Assembly: GCF_006345805.1 (NCBI RefSeq)
Contig: NC_042997.1
Location: 112,530,001 to 112,594,000 of the forward strand
DNA length: 64,000 nucleotides
Direction: 5' to 3'
DNA from: Octopus sinensis
Taxonomy: Eukaryota
Below are positions 27,258 to 38,854 of this stretch, piece by piece; within the stretch, counting starts at the first letter, position 1; the number at the start of each line of letters is the position of its first letter. The translations under genes were made by a program, and so were the position numbers. The notes under the pieces were generated by a model that saw only the letters and a program-made list of their open reading frames with translations, did not search any database and was not told where the DNA came from.

Positions 27258-29722
27258 TGACTATATCTAAACCCTATTTTGTTCCTATTTTGTAGATATA
27301 TGTACTAATATTAATCTAAAATTTAGTATGTGATTTATAATACATATTACATGATTTTATATGTTAAATTTAATATTATTAAATAAATAATTTAATATTT
27401 TAATAAATTTATTACTTAATGATAGAAGTGTAGTGTTTCCAATTCTGTATGAGGTTTGGTATTAGTCAATAAGAGTTATTAAATGTTCTTTATTTACTTA
27501 AAGTTAGATTATATTTAGATGTTTATTTTATTACTAAATATTTAATGGTTTCAATGAATATAGATTATATGAAGGTTTATAATTTTGAATGTATAAGATA
27601 ATTTTTTCTTTTTGTAATATTTTTTATAATAATTTGTAGTTTTTTTATTCAATTATAGAATGATACATTTGATCTATAGATAAATTAATTTACATATACA
27701 ATTAGTTTAATTTATTATTGGTTAGTATTTATTTTGAGTATTAATATGACATATAATATAAATATATATTTATTTTATACTAGAGTTAAGTTTATAGTTT
27801 GTTATAAATTTTTTAAATTAATCAATTTGTGTGTATTTTCTATATATTTGAAGTAGATTTATTTAGTTGTTTATTTAATCAATATTATAAAGAATTTTAT
27901 TAGAATATAGTTTTTATATTAATTAGTGGTCATATAATAGATAATGCTTGAATTACTACTGAATTAATTTTGAATGTGTCTAATAGTATTTTTTTATTTT
28001 CTTATTTTTTATTTATATTAATTTGACTACTACGTAATTTTTTATATAAATTAATTAAATCTTATAAGATTTTTAGAATATACACAGTAATTGGTAGTTA
28101 TATTAATTATTTAATTTATTGAGTATAATTTATTGTAGTTATTTTTAATGATAAATCTTATAGTATATAGTGGTTTTATTCTCTAATTGTAACTTCGTTC
28201 TATTTACATTTATAGATAAACTATAGCTGTTTCCATTGACAATATTTATTCATAATTTTCATTGATAAAATATATTTGTAGTTTTTCATTGTTAAAAGAA
28301 TTCTTCATCTATTTATTCTATTTCTGTTAATAACATAATTCCACGAGTATTCTTATAAATGCTGTAAAAACATTTTCCGTTTTAAAATTTTAGTTCATGA
28401 TACGGCCTTGGAAAGCTAAGTAATCTATTTCTATTTAAGATTTTAAAGTTTTAAAATATTTTAATAAGTCTTATTGCATTATTTTGTATACTATATAAAT
28501 ACTGATTGTTATTTAATGATTTAGTTGTTGAAGATATGTATATAATTATTAGATTATAACTCTATGTTATTTGTAAGATATTACTTAGCCAAAGAGATAT
28601 ATAGATCGTTAATAGTGATACGGTTTTTTTTAAAGTTAGGTTTCTGGTTTTAATTTGATTTTAATCTTTAATTTTTTTAATGTATCTCATAATTATATTA
28701 TATTAATATTTAATATTTATGTAAGTAGTATTGGATTAATTAATTTATTTATTTTTCTTTATATGTCTATACATTTATTGATAGAGTAAATTTTAGATTT
28801 TAATCACTATATTTGTTGATAATAATTTAGTTATTATTTTTTAAATATTTTATAATTATTAGATGTGTACTTAAATCTAAAATATGAATAATGATTATTT
28901 AGTTAAATAATTTGGTAATTAAATTTTGGACTATAATTGAGTTAAGGATATTCATGAGTTTATTATGTTTTTTAAAACATATTATATATTCATAGATATC
29001 TCTAATAGTGACTTTGTTCTATTATAGCTTAAATATAGCCATTTTCCATTGATAATTTGTATTAGTATTTTTCATTGATAAAATATATTCGTAGTTTTCT
29101 TTGTTAAAAGAATTTTCCATTTGTTTATTATTAGTTTAGTTAATGACACGATTTTTGAAAGTAAACCTTTTTATTAAAGTTATTTTAATAATTTATGTTA
29201 TTTTGTATTATATTGGATACTATATAACTACTGATTGTTAATTTGATTGTATAATTATTTAGTTGTTGAAGATATGTACTTCATTATTAGATTATAACTA
29301 TACGTCTTTTTGTAAGTTATTACTTAGCCAACGAGATATATAGATTGTTAAATAGTTATACGTTTTTTTAAAATAGGTTATACGTTTATAATTTGCTTTT
29401 TCATCTTTAATTTTTTAATATATTTCATAAATATATTACATTAATATTTAATATTTACGTAAGATATAATGGAATAATTAATTTATTTAATAATAGAAAT
29501 ATTAAAATTACTAAGTCTCTCTAAAGGAGATTACGGCAGCGTTACTGGAAATTAATAGTTATCGCCATACTTATATGGCAGTCTTATAAATATAAGACTA
29601 AAGTTGTTGCTGATTAGCTCCATGAGGCCACCGCCTCAAGCTAGCTATTTGACACACAACCTGCGTCCATTATAAACCTTCGAACAGGGGAGGTCAGCCG
29701 CTTCATCCTGCCAGTCAGACAG

Positions 29723-29763
29723 CTGCAGACATGTTTCAGGGTATTTGCTCTTTATCAATGCAG
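29723..29763 (-). ncRNA. Minimal type I hammerhead, U3:A8 variant (inverted copy)
   Basis: ctgca-TTGATAA-agag caaata ccct-GAAA-catg-TC-tgcag; one stem II mismatch. Confidence 0.72.
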
Positions 29764-29889
29764 TGTAGTCAGACCCAGCAGGTGTCGCTACTGACTGTCC
29801 CTGTTCAAAGAATCTATTTACCTAGTTTCAGTGGAATACATCCACTTGTTTTCAATAATAGAAATATTAAAATTACTAAGTCTCTCTAT

Positions 29890-29932
29890 GCTGCATTGAT
29901 AAAGGGCAAATACCCTGAAACATGTCTGCAGC
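29890..29932 (+). ncRNA. Minimal type I hammerhead, U3:A8 variant
   Basis: gctgca-TTGATAA-aggg caaata ccct-GAAA-catg-TC-tgcagc. Confidence 0.8.
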
Positions 29933-30200
29933 TGTCTGACTGGCAGGATGAAGCGGCTGACCTCCCCTGTTCGAAGGTTTATAATGGACGCAGGTTGTGT
30001 GTCAAATAGCTAGCTTGAGGTGGTGGCCTCTTGGAGCTAATCAGCGACAGCTTTAGTCTTATATTTATAAGACTGCCATATAAGTATGGTGACAACTATT
30101 AATTCATTTAGTTTTCATTATACGTCTATATATTTATTGATAGAGAAAATTTTAGATCTTAATTATTATATTTATTGATAATAATTTAGTTATTCTTAAA

Positions 30201-30774
30201 TCAATATCTATAAATCTGAAATGCGAAAAGTTTGTTTGTTTGTCTGGTTTTGGCATTGGAACGGGTTAAAGAGCACTAGATCACGTCAGATTCGCACCAA
30301 AATTTACAGGGACATGTAAAATGAGGTGGGGATGTGAGTGGGCTAGGTTAGAAATCCCTACTAGGGCAAAAACCCCACACTTTGACAAGTTTTTCTCGCT
30401 TCTCCCATTTTCTTATCTGCCTGTCTTCCGCTGTCTCTCTCTCTCTCCCCTCCCTTCCCTTTCTCTCAATAATGACATTTGACAGTGTCTACTATCTTTC
30501 CCCCGCCGCATTCGCTAGTGCTGTCTTTCTCTCTCTACATCTGTCTGCATTCATAAAGAGAATTATTATCGTCACCACCATCACACAATCATGAGAACAA
30601 ATATTATGAATCAGATATTTATTGGGTTAATTTATATGTGTGTGTGTGTGTTCTATATATAAATATGTATATATAATGTGTATATATACAAAGTGTATAT
30701 ATCTATATGTATGTATATATATATATATATATATAATTTGTATATATTTGTATATATAATGCGTACACACACAC

Positions 30775-30827
<53 letters not shown>

Positions 30828-31774
30828 GCGTATATATGTACATGCATATATATATTTTGATGCGTATATATATATATATATAGCGTGTGCATTATGTGGT
30901 CGGTTGAGCTGAAAATATGCACACCTATGTTAAAAGTGCTGGAGAGTTTGCATGGCAACTATTTTTTTCCACAAATGAAAAGAGTGACCTCTAGGACAAA
31001 ATTCCTCATCTTATAAAATGTGGCCCGAGTAGACCTGAATGAAATCGGGTTATATTAACCAAAATGTGAAAAGGGGTCTAAATGGGGCTGGAAGGGGATT
31101 AAAATTGACAGGAGCGAGTGTTTAGGAATTCTCTGTTACATCAAGCTAAAAACTTTGCGCCAGCCTTTAAATCATCAATGTGTTACCGTCCATGATGAAG
31201 ACATTTTGAATGCTTGCCATGGTGAGTCTACTGTCGTGAGAAAGAATCACTTCAAAACTTGGTGTTTAGGAATTTTCTTTTACATCAAGTTCAAAATTTT
31301 ATGCCAGCTGTTAAACTGCCACTACGTTGCTGTCCGTCGTTAAGAAATGCCAGCCATGATGACTCTACTATCCCCAGATTCTATCCCTTCAAACTTTGGT
31401 TTCCAATATTCTTTTATTTTTATTCAGCTCGCAAGTTTGTCTGTCCCTTTTAAATGTTAGTGTTTTGCTGCCTGCCTTGAAGCAGACCTTTCCGTTGTCA
31501 CTGCCTGATATTTATGATTGATCTTTCAAAATATTTTCTTTCTCAACTTACTCAAGATCTTTTGTTGTTTATAAATGGGAGAGAGATAGATAAAGATAGA
31601 GAGTAAGAGAAAGCGAGGGAGAGTCTGAGAGAAAGGAAGAGTAAGAGTGGGAAAGTGAGAGAGAAAGGAGAGAGAAACAAAGAGGGAGAATGTGGTGATA
31701 AAAAACAGAAAGGAAGCAATAGAAAGTAACAACCACACTCTTACCCGCGCATAGAGCGTGTCACCTTAAGCTAG
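30201..31774 (+). mobile_element. Non-autonomous Helitron (1574 bp)
   Basis: A|TC...CTAG|T with degenerate hairpin acccgcgcatagagcgtgt; the empty site ttaaa|tattttataa is visible in the paralogous repeat unit near 28841. Confidence 0.85.
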
Positions 31775-33174
31775 TATTTTATAACTATTAGTTTTGAACT
31801 TCAAATTAAAAATATGAATAGTGATTATTTTGTTAAATAATTTGGTAATTAGATATTAACTATAGCTGTGATTAGGATATTCATGAGTTTATGTTTTTTA
31901 AAGCCATATTATATCCTAATAGATAAATACATTTTCTATCTATTTTTACCTTAAAAATTAATATTTAACATCATAATTGGGTTGTATGACATAATCCTAA
32001 TCGTTAAAGTTTCTAATTTGATAATAGAGTTTTTTATAAGAAAAATTATTATTTTATTTAGTTCTTAAAAAATATTGTTTAAATATATTTGCTTATTTAT
32101 TTAACTTATATAACACAGCGTTTGAGATAGGGATTTCTAACCTAGCTCACTCACATCCTCACCTCATTTTACATGTCCCTGTAAATTTTGGAGCGAATCT
32201 GACAGGATCTAGTGCCCTTTAACCCATTCCAATGCCAAAACCAGACAAACAAACAAACTTTTCGCATTTCAGATTTATAGATACTGATTTAAGAATAACT
32301 AAATTATTATCAATATAATAATTAAGATCTAAAATTTTCTCTATCAATAAAATTTATTGAAGATTGACTATAATTATAATTCGAATTTTTAAATGAATTT
32401 AAATTAATTGTAATTCAAATTGGGTTATGGCCATGAAACCTATGTAGTGGTTTTACTTATTATATTATATTGAACATTTTAATACTTTTTGATAGTTTAA
32501 AAAAAAATTTATAAATTATTAATAAATTTAAAAAATTAAAAGTTTTAAAATTTATAAAATTTTAAAAATATAAAAGATTATAAAAATTTATAAATATAAA
32601 TTAAATTTTAAATTTTATATTTTATATATTATATTAATTATATTTATTTTTATGTTTTGGTTTATGTTTTTCACTGTTTGATTTGCCTAATAGTGGTTTT
32701 ATCTCTAACTTAATTTATATTTATACTGTGAAATTTGATTTAATCCTAAATCTAATTTTTCCCTGTAAGTTTGGATTTACTCCCTAATATTATTATTATA
32801 TATATGTGTGTGTGTGTGTGTCTTCTTTCAGTTTCTTTTTAACATATTCACTCGCAAAGTGGTGACCAACTCAGGGCTGTCATGGAACTCACTTGCCCAT
32901 GGCGCTGTGCAGTGGGGCTGAATCTGAAACCATGTAAGAAGTGAAATTCCTGTGTGGATCCAGATCCAATGCCACTGCAGGAAGTGAAATTATTAACTAC
33001 ACAGCCTTCGCCTACTTCCATTCACCAAGTGTCTAAATTTCATGACTTAAGCAATATTCAAGATGTGTAAATATACAGGGTATATACAGGTGAAAAACAA
33101 AGCATGAATGTAAAATGGCAGAACACGGTGCATATGAAATACTGTTCTACATAAAATCAGAGAAAACAAATTAC

Positions 33175-33252
33175 ATTTCCATTAGGCGCCGGTTTTCAGC
33201 TTCCTGCATTTCTCGTTCTTTACGTTCTCTTTCTTCTTTCTCTTTAACTTCC
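33175..33252 (-). CDS. HYDIN: HYDIN exon, 78 bp, phase 2-2 (charged coiled coil)
   Basis: EVKEKEERERKEREMQEAENRRLME; cttttag acceptor, GTAAT donor; phases match both neighbours. Confidence 0.8.
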
Positions 33253-33424
33253 CTAAAAGAACAAACGAATGCAGATAATCACTTCAAACTACTTCAGTTA
33301 TATACAGTAACATTAGATGTCAATAACACGTCCGTGTATATTTTCGCCTCCTCAAATGTTTCGAGTTTAACCCTCATCACAATTCTATGAGCTACATCTT
33401 AGGACAGCTGTACCTCATCTTTAA

Positions 33425-33643
33425 CCCTTTTGTTACCGTATTTCTGTTGAGATGCTCTGTGTTTCTTTCAATTACTTTAAATATAACAAAGAATTTAGTA
33501 AAATAACTTAGTTATTATTAAGCTAGTGTTAGGAACATAAATTGTGGCTGAGGTTTGGTGGAAGATTTTAATTCAAAACTTATGAAAACAAGACATTTGT
33601 ACTCAGACCAGAGCCAGTTTCAGCCAGGTTGGTATCAAAAGGG
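33425..33643. mobile_element. piggyBac-type MITE
   Basis: TTAA|CCCTTT ... AAAGGG|TTAA; same family as the copies at 52.5 kb and 60.9 kb. Confidence 0.8.
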
Positions 33644-33879
33644 TTAATACACTCTTTTATTTTCTAATCATTCTTATCACCTTCTCATGTCTGCTGTTCA
33701 CAGTCTCTCTCTCTCCCCCTTTGTCCTCGACTCATTATAGTCATCTTCAAATACCTCTGACAGCCATCTCTCTCATTCTACAATACTTTCCCTTCACCAA
33801 GCTGCACATTATCTCCACATTTTCTGATTTACCAACACTGTTATTATACTCCTTCCTTCCTCTTACAACCAATTATCAC

Positions 33880-34380
33880 TTCCACCTTCCTGAGCCACTC
33901 CTATTTCTTTCTCACCCTCATTCCTTAGCTCCTCCTACCTCATTCGCCTCCTTTCCTTTCAACCTTCCTGAGCCACTCCTATTCTTTCTCCACCTCCTAT
34001 CTCCTTTGCCTCCCTCCTTCCTCAGTCCCACCTACTTCCTTTCCCTCCAACCTTCCTTAGCCACTCCTATTTCTTTCTCATCCTCATTCCTTAGCTCCTC
34101 CTACCTTCCTTTCCTTTCAACCTTCCTGAGCCACTCCTATTCTTTCTCCACCTCCTACTTCCTTTGCTTCCCTCCTTCCTCAGCCCCACTTACTTCCTTT
34201 CCCTCCAACCTTCCTCAGCCACACCTATTCTTACTCCCCTCCTTCCTTAGCTCCTAGCTCCTTTGCTTCCCTCCTTCCTCAGCTCCCCTACTTCCTTTTC
34301 CACCAACCTTCCTGAGCCACTCTTATTTCTTTCACCTCACCTTCCTTCCTTAGCTCCTCCTACCCCCCTCCTTCCTCAGA
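33880..34380. repeat. CT-rich minisatellite (ccttcctgagccactcctatt core)
   Basis: Six recognisable units at about 75-110 bp spacing. Confidence 0.8.
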
Positions 34381-34509
34381 AATGAGAAAAAAGTACTCAA
34401 TACACTCAACAAAGTGTTTAGCATTAGCAGGGAATTGAGCTGCAGAAACCATGCCAAAACAGACAATGGAGCTCGCCATAATTCTTCAGCTCATTGGATC
34501 ATGTTACAT

Positions 34510-34811
34510 CAGAAGTTCTCAGACTTTTTGGGCCACTGCACCCCTCAGCGCCCGACCCCTATTTTTATGTATAAATAAATCTTACATTTTACTAATTTAT
34601 GTATACCATGAATCATTTGATATTTAATATAATATTATATAATTTGTATATAATACTATAATATTATAATAAATTCATAGCATCCCCCAATCCACTGCCT
34701 TCCTCCCAACGCCTCCATTTTCTCTACCACCCCCCACCATCACCTTAGGCCCATCTGAACCATCTCAACACCCACTGGGGGGGGGAGTAGCACCCACTTT
34801 GGGAACCTATG
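34510..34811. mobile_element. hAT-type MITE
   Basis: Perfect 8-bp TSD tgttacat; degenerate TIRs cagaagttctcaga / tttgggaacctatg. Confidence 0.7.
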
Positions 34812-36865
34812 TGTTACATCATCCAACTCAGCCAGCATGGAAGACGGATGTTAAGTCATTTTTTTTTCTCTATTTGCATCAGTCATTAAACTGCGGCCAT
34901 GCTGGAGCACTACTTTGTACAATTTGTAGTCAAATGAATCTACTCCAGTAACTATTTTTTGTAAAGTTTGGAACTTACTTTATCAGTTTCTTTTGTTGAT
35001 CCACTAGGTTACGGGGGATGTAAACACACCAACACTGGTTGTCAAGCAGTTGTGGGGACAAATACAAGCACAATGACACACACATGGCATATATATATAT
35101 AATATATATATATGTTAGGTGCGAGCTGGCAGAAACATTAGCGCACTGGGTGAAATGCTTAGCAGTATTTCGTCTGTTGTTACTTTCTGAGTTCAAATTC
35201 TGCCGATGTCAACTTTGCTTTTCATCCTATCAGGGTCGATAAATTAAGTACCAGTTTCGCACTGGGGTCAATGTAATCGACTTAATCCCTTTGTCTGTCC
35301 TTGTTTGTCCCCTCTATGTTTAGCCCCTTGTGGGCAGTAAAGAAATATATATATATGATGGGCTTTCTTCCTATTTCCATTTACAAGGTTGTTGTCTATC
35401 TGAAGCTATTGCAGAAGACACCTGCCCATAGTGCCACTTAGTGGGACTCAACCGAGAACCATGAGAATGGGAAGCATGCTTCTTACCACACAACCATCCT
35501 GCACCTATAATGATAATGATAACCTACAATTTTGTAACTCAATAAAGTTGACTTGTTTATTGGTGTGAGGTGACTGAAGGATGATTTTGGATGCATGAGC
35601 AATCTGCCTCCCATCCACCTTCACTATTTCATACATTTCAAGCCTGTTCAAAGTCGTCATCATCATCATCATCGTTTAACATCCGTTTTCCATGCTTGCA
35701 TGGGTTGAACGGTTCGACCGGGGTCTGGGAAGCCAGGAGGCTGCACCAGGCTCCTGTCTGATCTGGCAGTGTTTCTACAGCTGGATACCCTTCCTAACGC
35801 CAACCACTCCGTGAGTGTAGTGGGTTCTTTTTACATGTCACCAGCACAGGGGCCAGATGAGGCTGGCAAACGGCCATGATCGGTTGGTGCTTTTACATGT
35901 CACCGACACAGACGCCAGTCAGGCGGCGCTGGCAACTGCCACATTGGTGCTTTTAACGTGTCACTGGTACGGGTATCTTAACTACAATTTCCATTTGCTT
36001 TTCATATTGATGTTGATGTTAACATACTTGACTCAATAGGTCTCCTCAAGAACAGCGGGTGATTCTACGATCCAAGGTTAGCACAGCAGGCCGTCCTGTG
36101 ACCCATGGATTCACTTCATTTGTTGGGTCTTCGAAGTCACAGGATATCTCCAGAGGTCTCGGTCTCAGTCAAAGTATTACACAATAATCCGGTTTCACAA
36201 AGATGAAGTTATTTTTCTTCAATGAAACACAAATTATAAACCCAAGTATCATCACCTGTAATGCTGAGGAGAGAAAATTGAATAACGGAGCTTGACCAGC
36301 TGCAATCAGTTTGTGTCCTGGAAGCCATCAAGACTTCAGGTGTTCTTGGACACCACACTGCTGATTTCCTCTGCAAAATCAGGATGACTGTTGTGTATCC
36401 GAGCCTCATAAGGTTGGGGAAGGAGGTTTGCTGCAGTGAATGTTGCTGGTGAATCTCCATGACAACACATCGCAGACATGTCTGCAAGGGATGGCTGACC
36501 ATGCCATCTGGGTCAACACCCTCCCCACCATCTTCTGCTACTTAATCCCACACTTTTTCACTTCTTTTTCATTATTTTCTTGTAATCAAATCATGATTCA
36601 ATCTTTATGTAAATAAAACTAAATACAACTCCTCCTTCATATACTGCTGTATAGTGAAACTGTACACCCCTCCCGGTAAAAAGTGATAGTAGCCAGCCAT
36701 TATAAATAGACCAGTAGCTGGTCGACAGAGGGAGGTCAAGAGTAAAAGTCAAATGTGTTGAAAGTCATGTCTGTGCTGATATAGCAATTATACTGTGATA
36801 CTGAGCGGACGTTACAACGATCCAACTACTACTTTGATGGATCTTAAGAGTTTCTGGTGATTATA

Positions 36866-37206
36866 AAGGTACCGAACCTCTTATCCAGAATCTAGAAATC
36901 CAGAATTACCTGATATCCAGCTATTTTTTAAACTGGCTAGCTTTGAATTTCACGGGCTGTAGTAATTTTCCACACAGTCACTTTGTTTTGGTTTCCATGG
37001 CATATGCATCACATGACACCAGACCAAACAGACCCTGTTTTAGAAATGTATTAATCTGTATATGTTATACAATTCTGTTCTCTACTTTTCATTGTTTATT
37101 TTATATTTTTGGTATATATGTTTAGCCTGTGTCCAGAAATCAAAAAAATCCAGAAATTCGGGCCACCTCTGGACCCAAAGTTGCTGGATAAGAGATCCGA
37201 TACCTG
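36866..37206. mobile_element. pogo/Tc1-type MITE
   Basis: TA flanks; TIRs aaggtaccgaacctcttatccag / ctggataagagatccgatacctg. Confidence 0.7.
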
Positions 37207-37744
37207 TAATAACAAGTGACAGAGCAGACAACTTACCACAGCACAGGGGAGAGTTGCTGAAACAAAAGACAATCTACCAAAGGAAGCTATGGAAGCTGAA
37301 AGGTGTTGTGACAAGCCATAGGCTCAAGGATGTACTAGTTATCATATGTGAAGGTGCATGGCTTAGTGGTTAGGATATTAAGCTCATGACTATAAGGCCA
37401 AGAGTTCAATTCCCAATGGCGCATTTTGTTTTTGAGCAAAATACTTTATTTCACTCAGCTGACAACTCTGAGTTGTACCTGTAATTCAAAGGGCCAGCCT
37501 TGTCGCACCTATGTCACGCTGAATCTCCCAAAGAACTACATTAAGGGTATGAGTCTCTGTGGAGTACTCAGCCACTTGCACATTAGTTTTACATGCAGGC
37601 TGTTCCGTTGACTGGATCAATTGGAACCCTCATTATTGTAACCTACGGGGTGCCAGTTAGTTGTCATATATGATGGGAGGAAGAGGTAGTGACTAATGAC
37701 ATAGATAGGTAAAGCATTAAGTCTTTCCACTGCAAACAACTTAC

Positions 37745-37886
37745 CTGCTCATCCTATTTTTCTTTATTACCATTAATCGGCCTTCTACTCGGGCCCTTTG
37801 TTCCTCGGACATTGCATCATACTCGCCCTCAGACATTTCTTCGATCCATTTCCTCTCCAGTTCGTCTTCTAGAATCTTCTGCTTTT
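37745..37886 (-). CDS. HYDIN: HYDIN exon, 142 bp, phase 1-2
   Basis: EKQKILEDELERKWIEEMSEGEYDAMSEEQRARVEGRLMVIKKNRMSR (HYDIN M.E.EYDA..EE motif); ctttag acceptor, GTAAG donor. Confidence 0.9.
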
Positions 37887-37942
37887 CTAAAGAATATATT
37901 AATCATTAAATATCAAACAGTTTTCCACTAACAAATACAAAC

Positions 37943-38854
37943 TTAGAAAATTACTATTTTAAAATCTCACAAGAGATATTCAACAACAGCACTTTGTAGT
38001 AAAGATTGTTTGCCACCATAACATGGCAGTCCTGGTTTAGGACACATATATTATTTTGAGCTGAGTGGGGGTGCTAGATTCCCTTGTTCAAAAATATAAG
38101 GACACAGATCATGTTGTATAGTCAGCCGGAGATCATGTCTCCTGGGGCTACAAATTACAGCAACATTCATCCTAAACCAGTAATGCCATGTTATGTTGGC
38201 AAACAATCTTTATTCCAAAGTGCTGTTGCTGAATATCTCTCATTGTGAGATTTAAGAAATAGTAATTTTCTAAAAGAAATCTGTTTTAATCTCCTGTTTA
38301 AACCTCACATCTGAGTCAAATTTTATCAAATTCTGATTGTAAACAATTCATCATCATCGTTTAATGTCCGCTTTCGATGATAATGATGATGATGAATAGT
38401 TTACAATCAGAATTTGATAAACTTAGGCTCAGATGTGAGGTTTAAACAGGAGATTAAAACAGATTTCTTTTAGAAAATTACTATAATAATCTTTACTCCA
38501 AAGTACTGTTGCTGAATATCTCTCTTTGTGAGATTTAAAAATAGTGATTTTTTAATTTATAGATCAGTGACTAGTTGTCACTTTGAAAACTATATATTTC
38601 GAATGGGAATTTGGCAGTGCCACCTCTAGCCAAACAATTATTCTGTGCTGATGAAAGAAAATAACCTGAAAATCGCGATACACAGATATTGTTTTGAGCT
38701 GAGTGGGGTGCTAGATTCCCTTGTTCGAAAATATAAGGACACAGATCATGTCGTATAGCCAGCTGGAGACAATGTCTCCTGGAGTTAAATTACAGCAACA
38801 TTAGTCCTAAACCTGGACTGCCATGTTATGTTGGCAGACAATCTTTACTCCAAA
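37943..38854 (+). mobile_element. HHR-bearing 352-bp unit with partial tandem and inverted copies
   Basis: aatctttactccaaa at 38488 and 38840; partial copy 38043-38273; inverted arm 37943-38042. Confidence 0.7.
38642..38686 (+). ncRNA. Minimal type I hammerhead motif
   Basis: tctgtg-CTGATGA-aagaaaataacct-GAAA-atcgcga-TA-cacaga; palindromic ATCGCGAT, one extra A in the GAAA box, weak stem II. Confidence 0.68.

Larger units (their letters stand above)
29489..30104. mobile_element. Non-coding HHR-bearing retroelement (retrozyme-like or non-autonomous PLE) with an inverted arm
   Basis: 35-bp direct repeat at 29489-29523 and 29854-29888 (period 365); inverted arms 29550-29763 and 29891-30104; flanking attaatt[t/c]attta duplication; HHR motifs inside. 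Confidence 0.75.
27258..32800. repeat. Very AT-rich region downstream of the Naiad ORF with a diverged tandem duplication of about 810 bp
   Basis: 28222-28990 aligns by eye to 29034-29489 + 30105-30200 + 31775-31910, split by two younger insertions. Confidence 0.7.

Noticed and set aside
33721-34257. 178-aa Leu/Pro/Ser-rich ORF
   Set aside because: Translation of the CT-rich minisatellite.
36209-36270. ITGDDTWVY mariner-like motif
   Set aside because: Too short, with no TIRs or further transposase motifs to support a feature.
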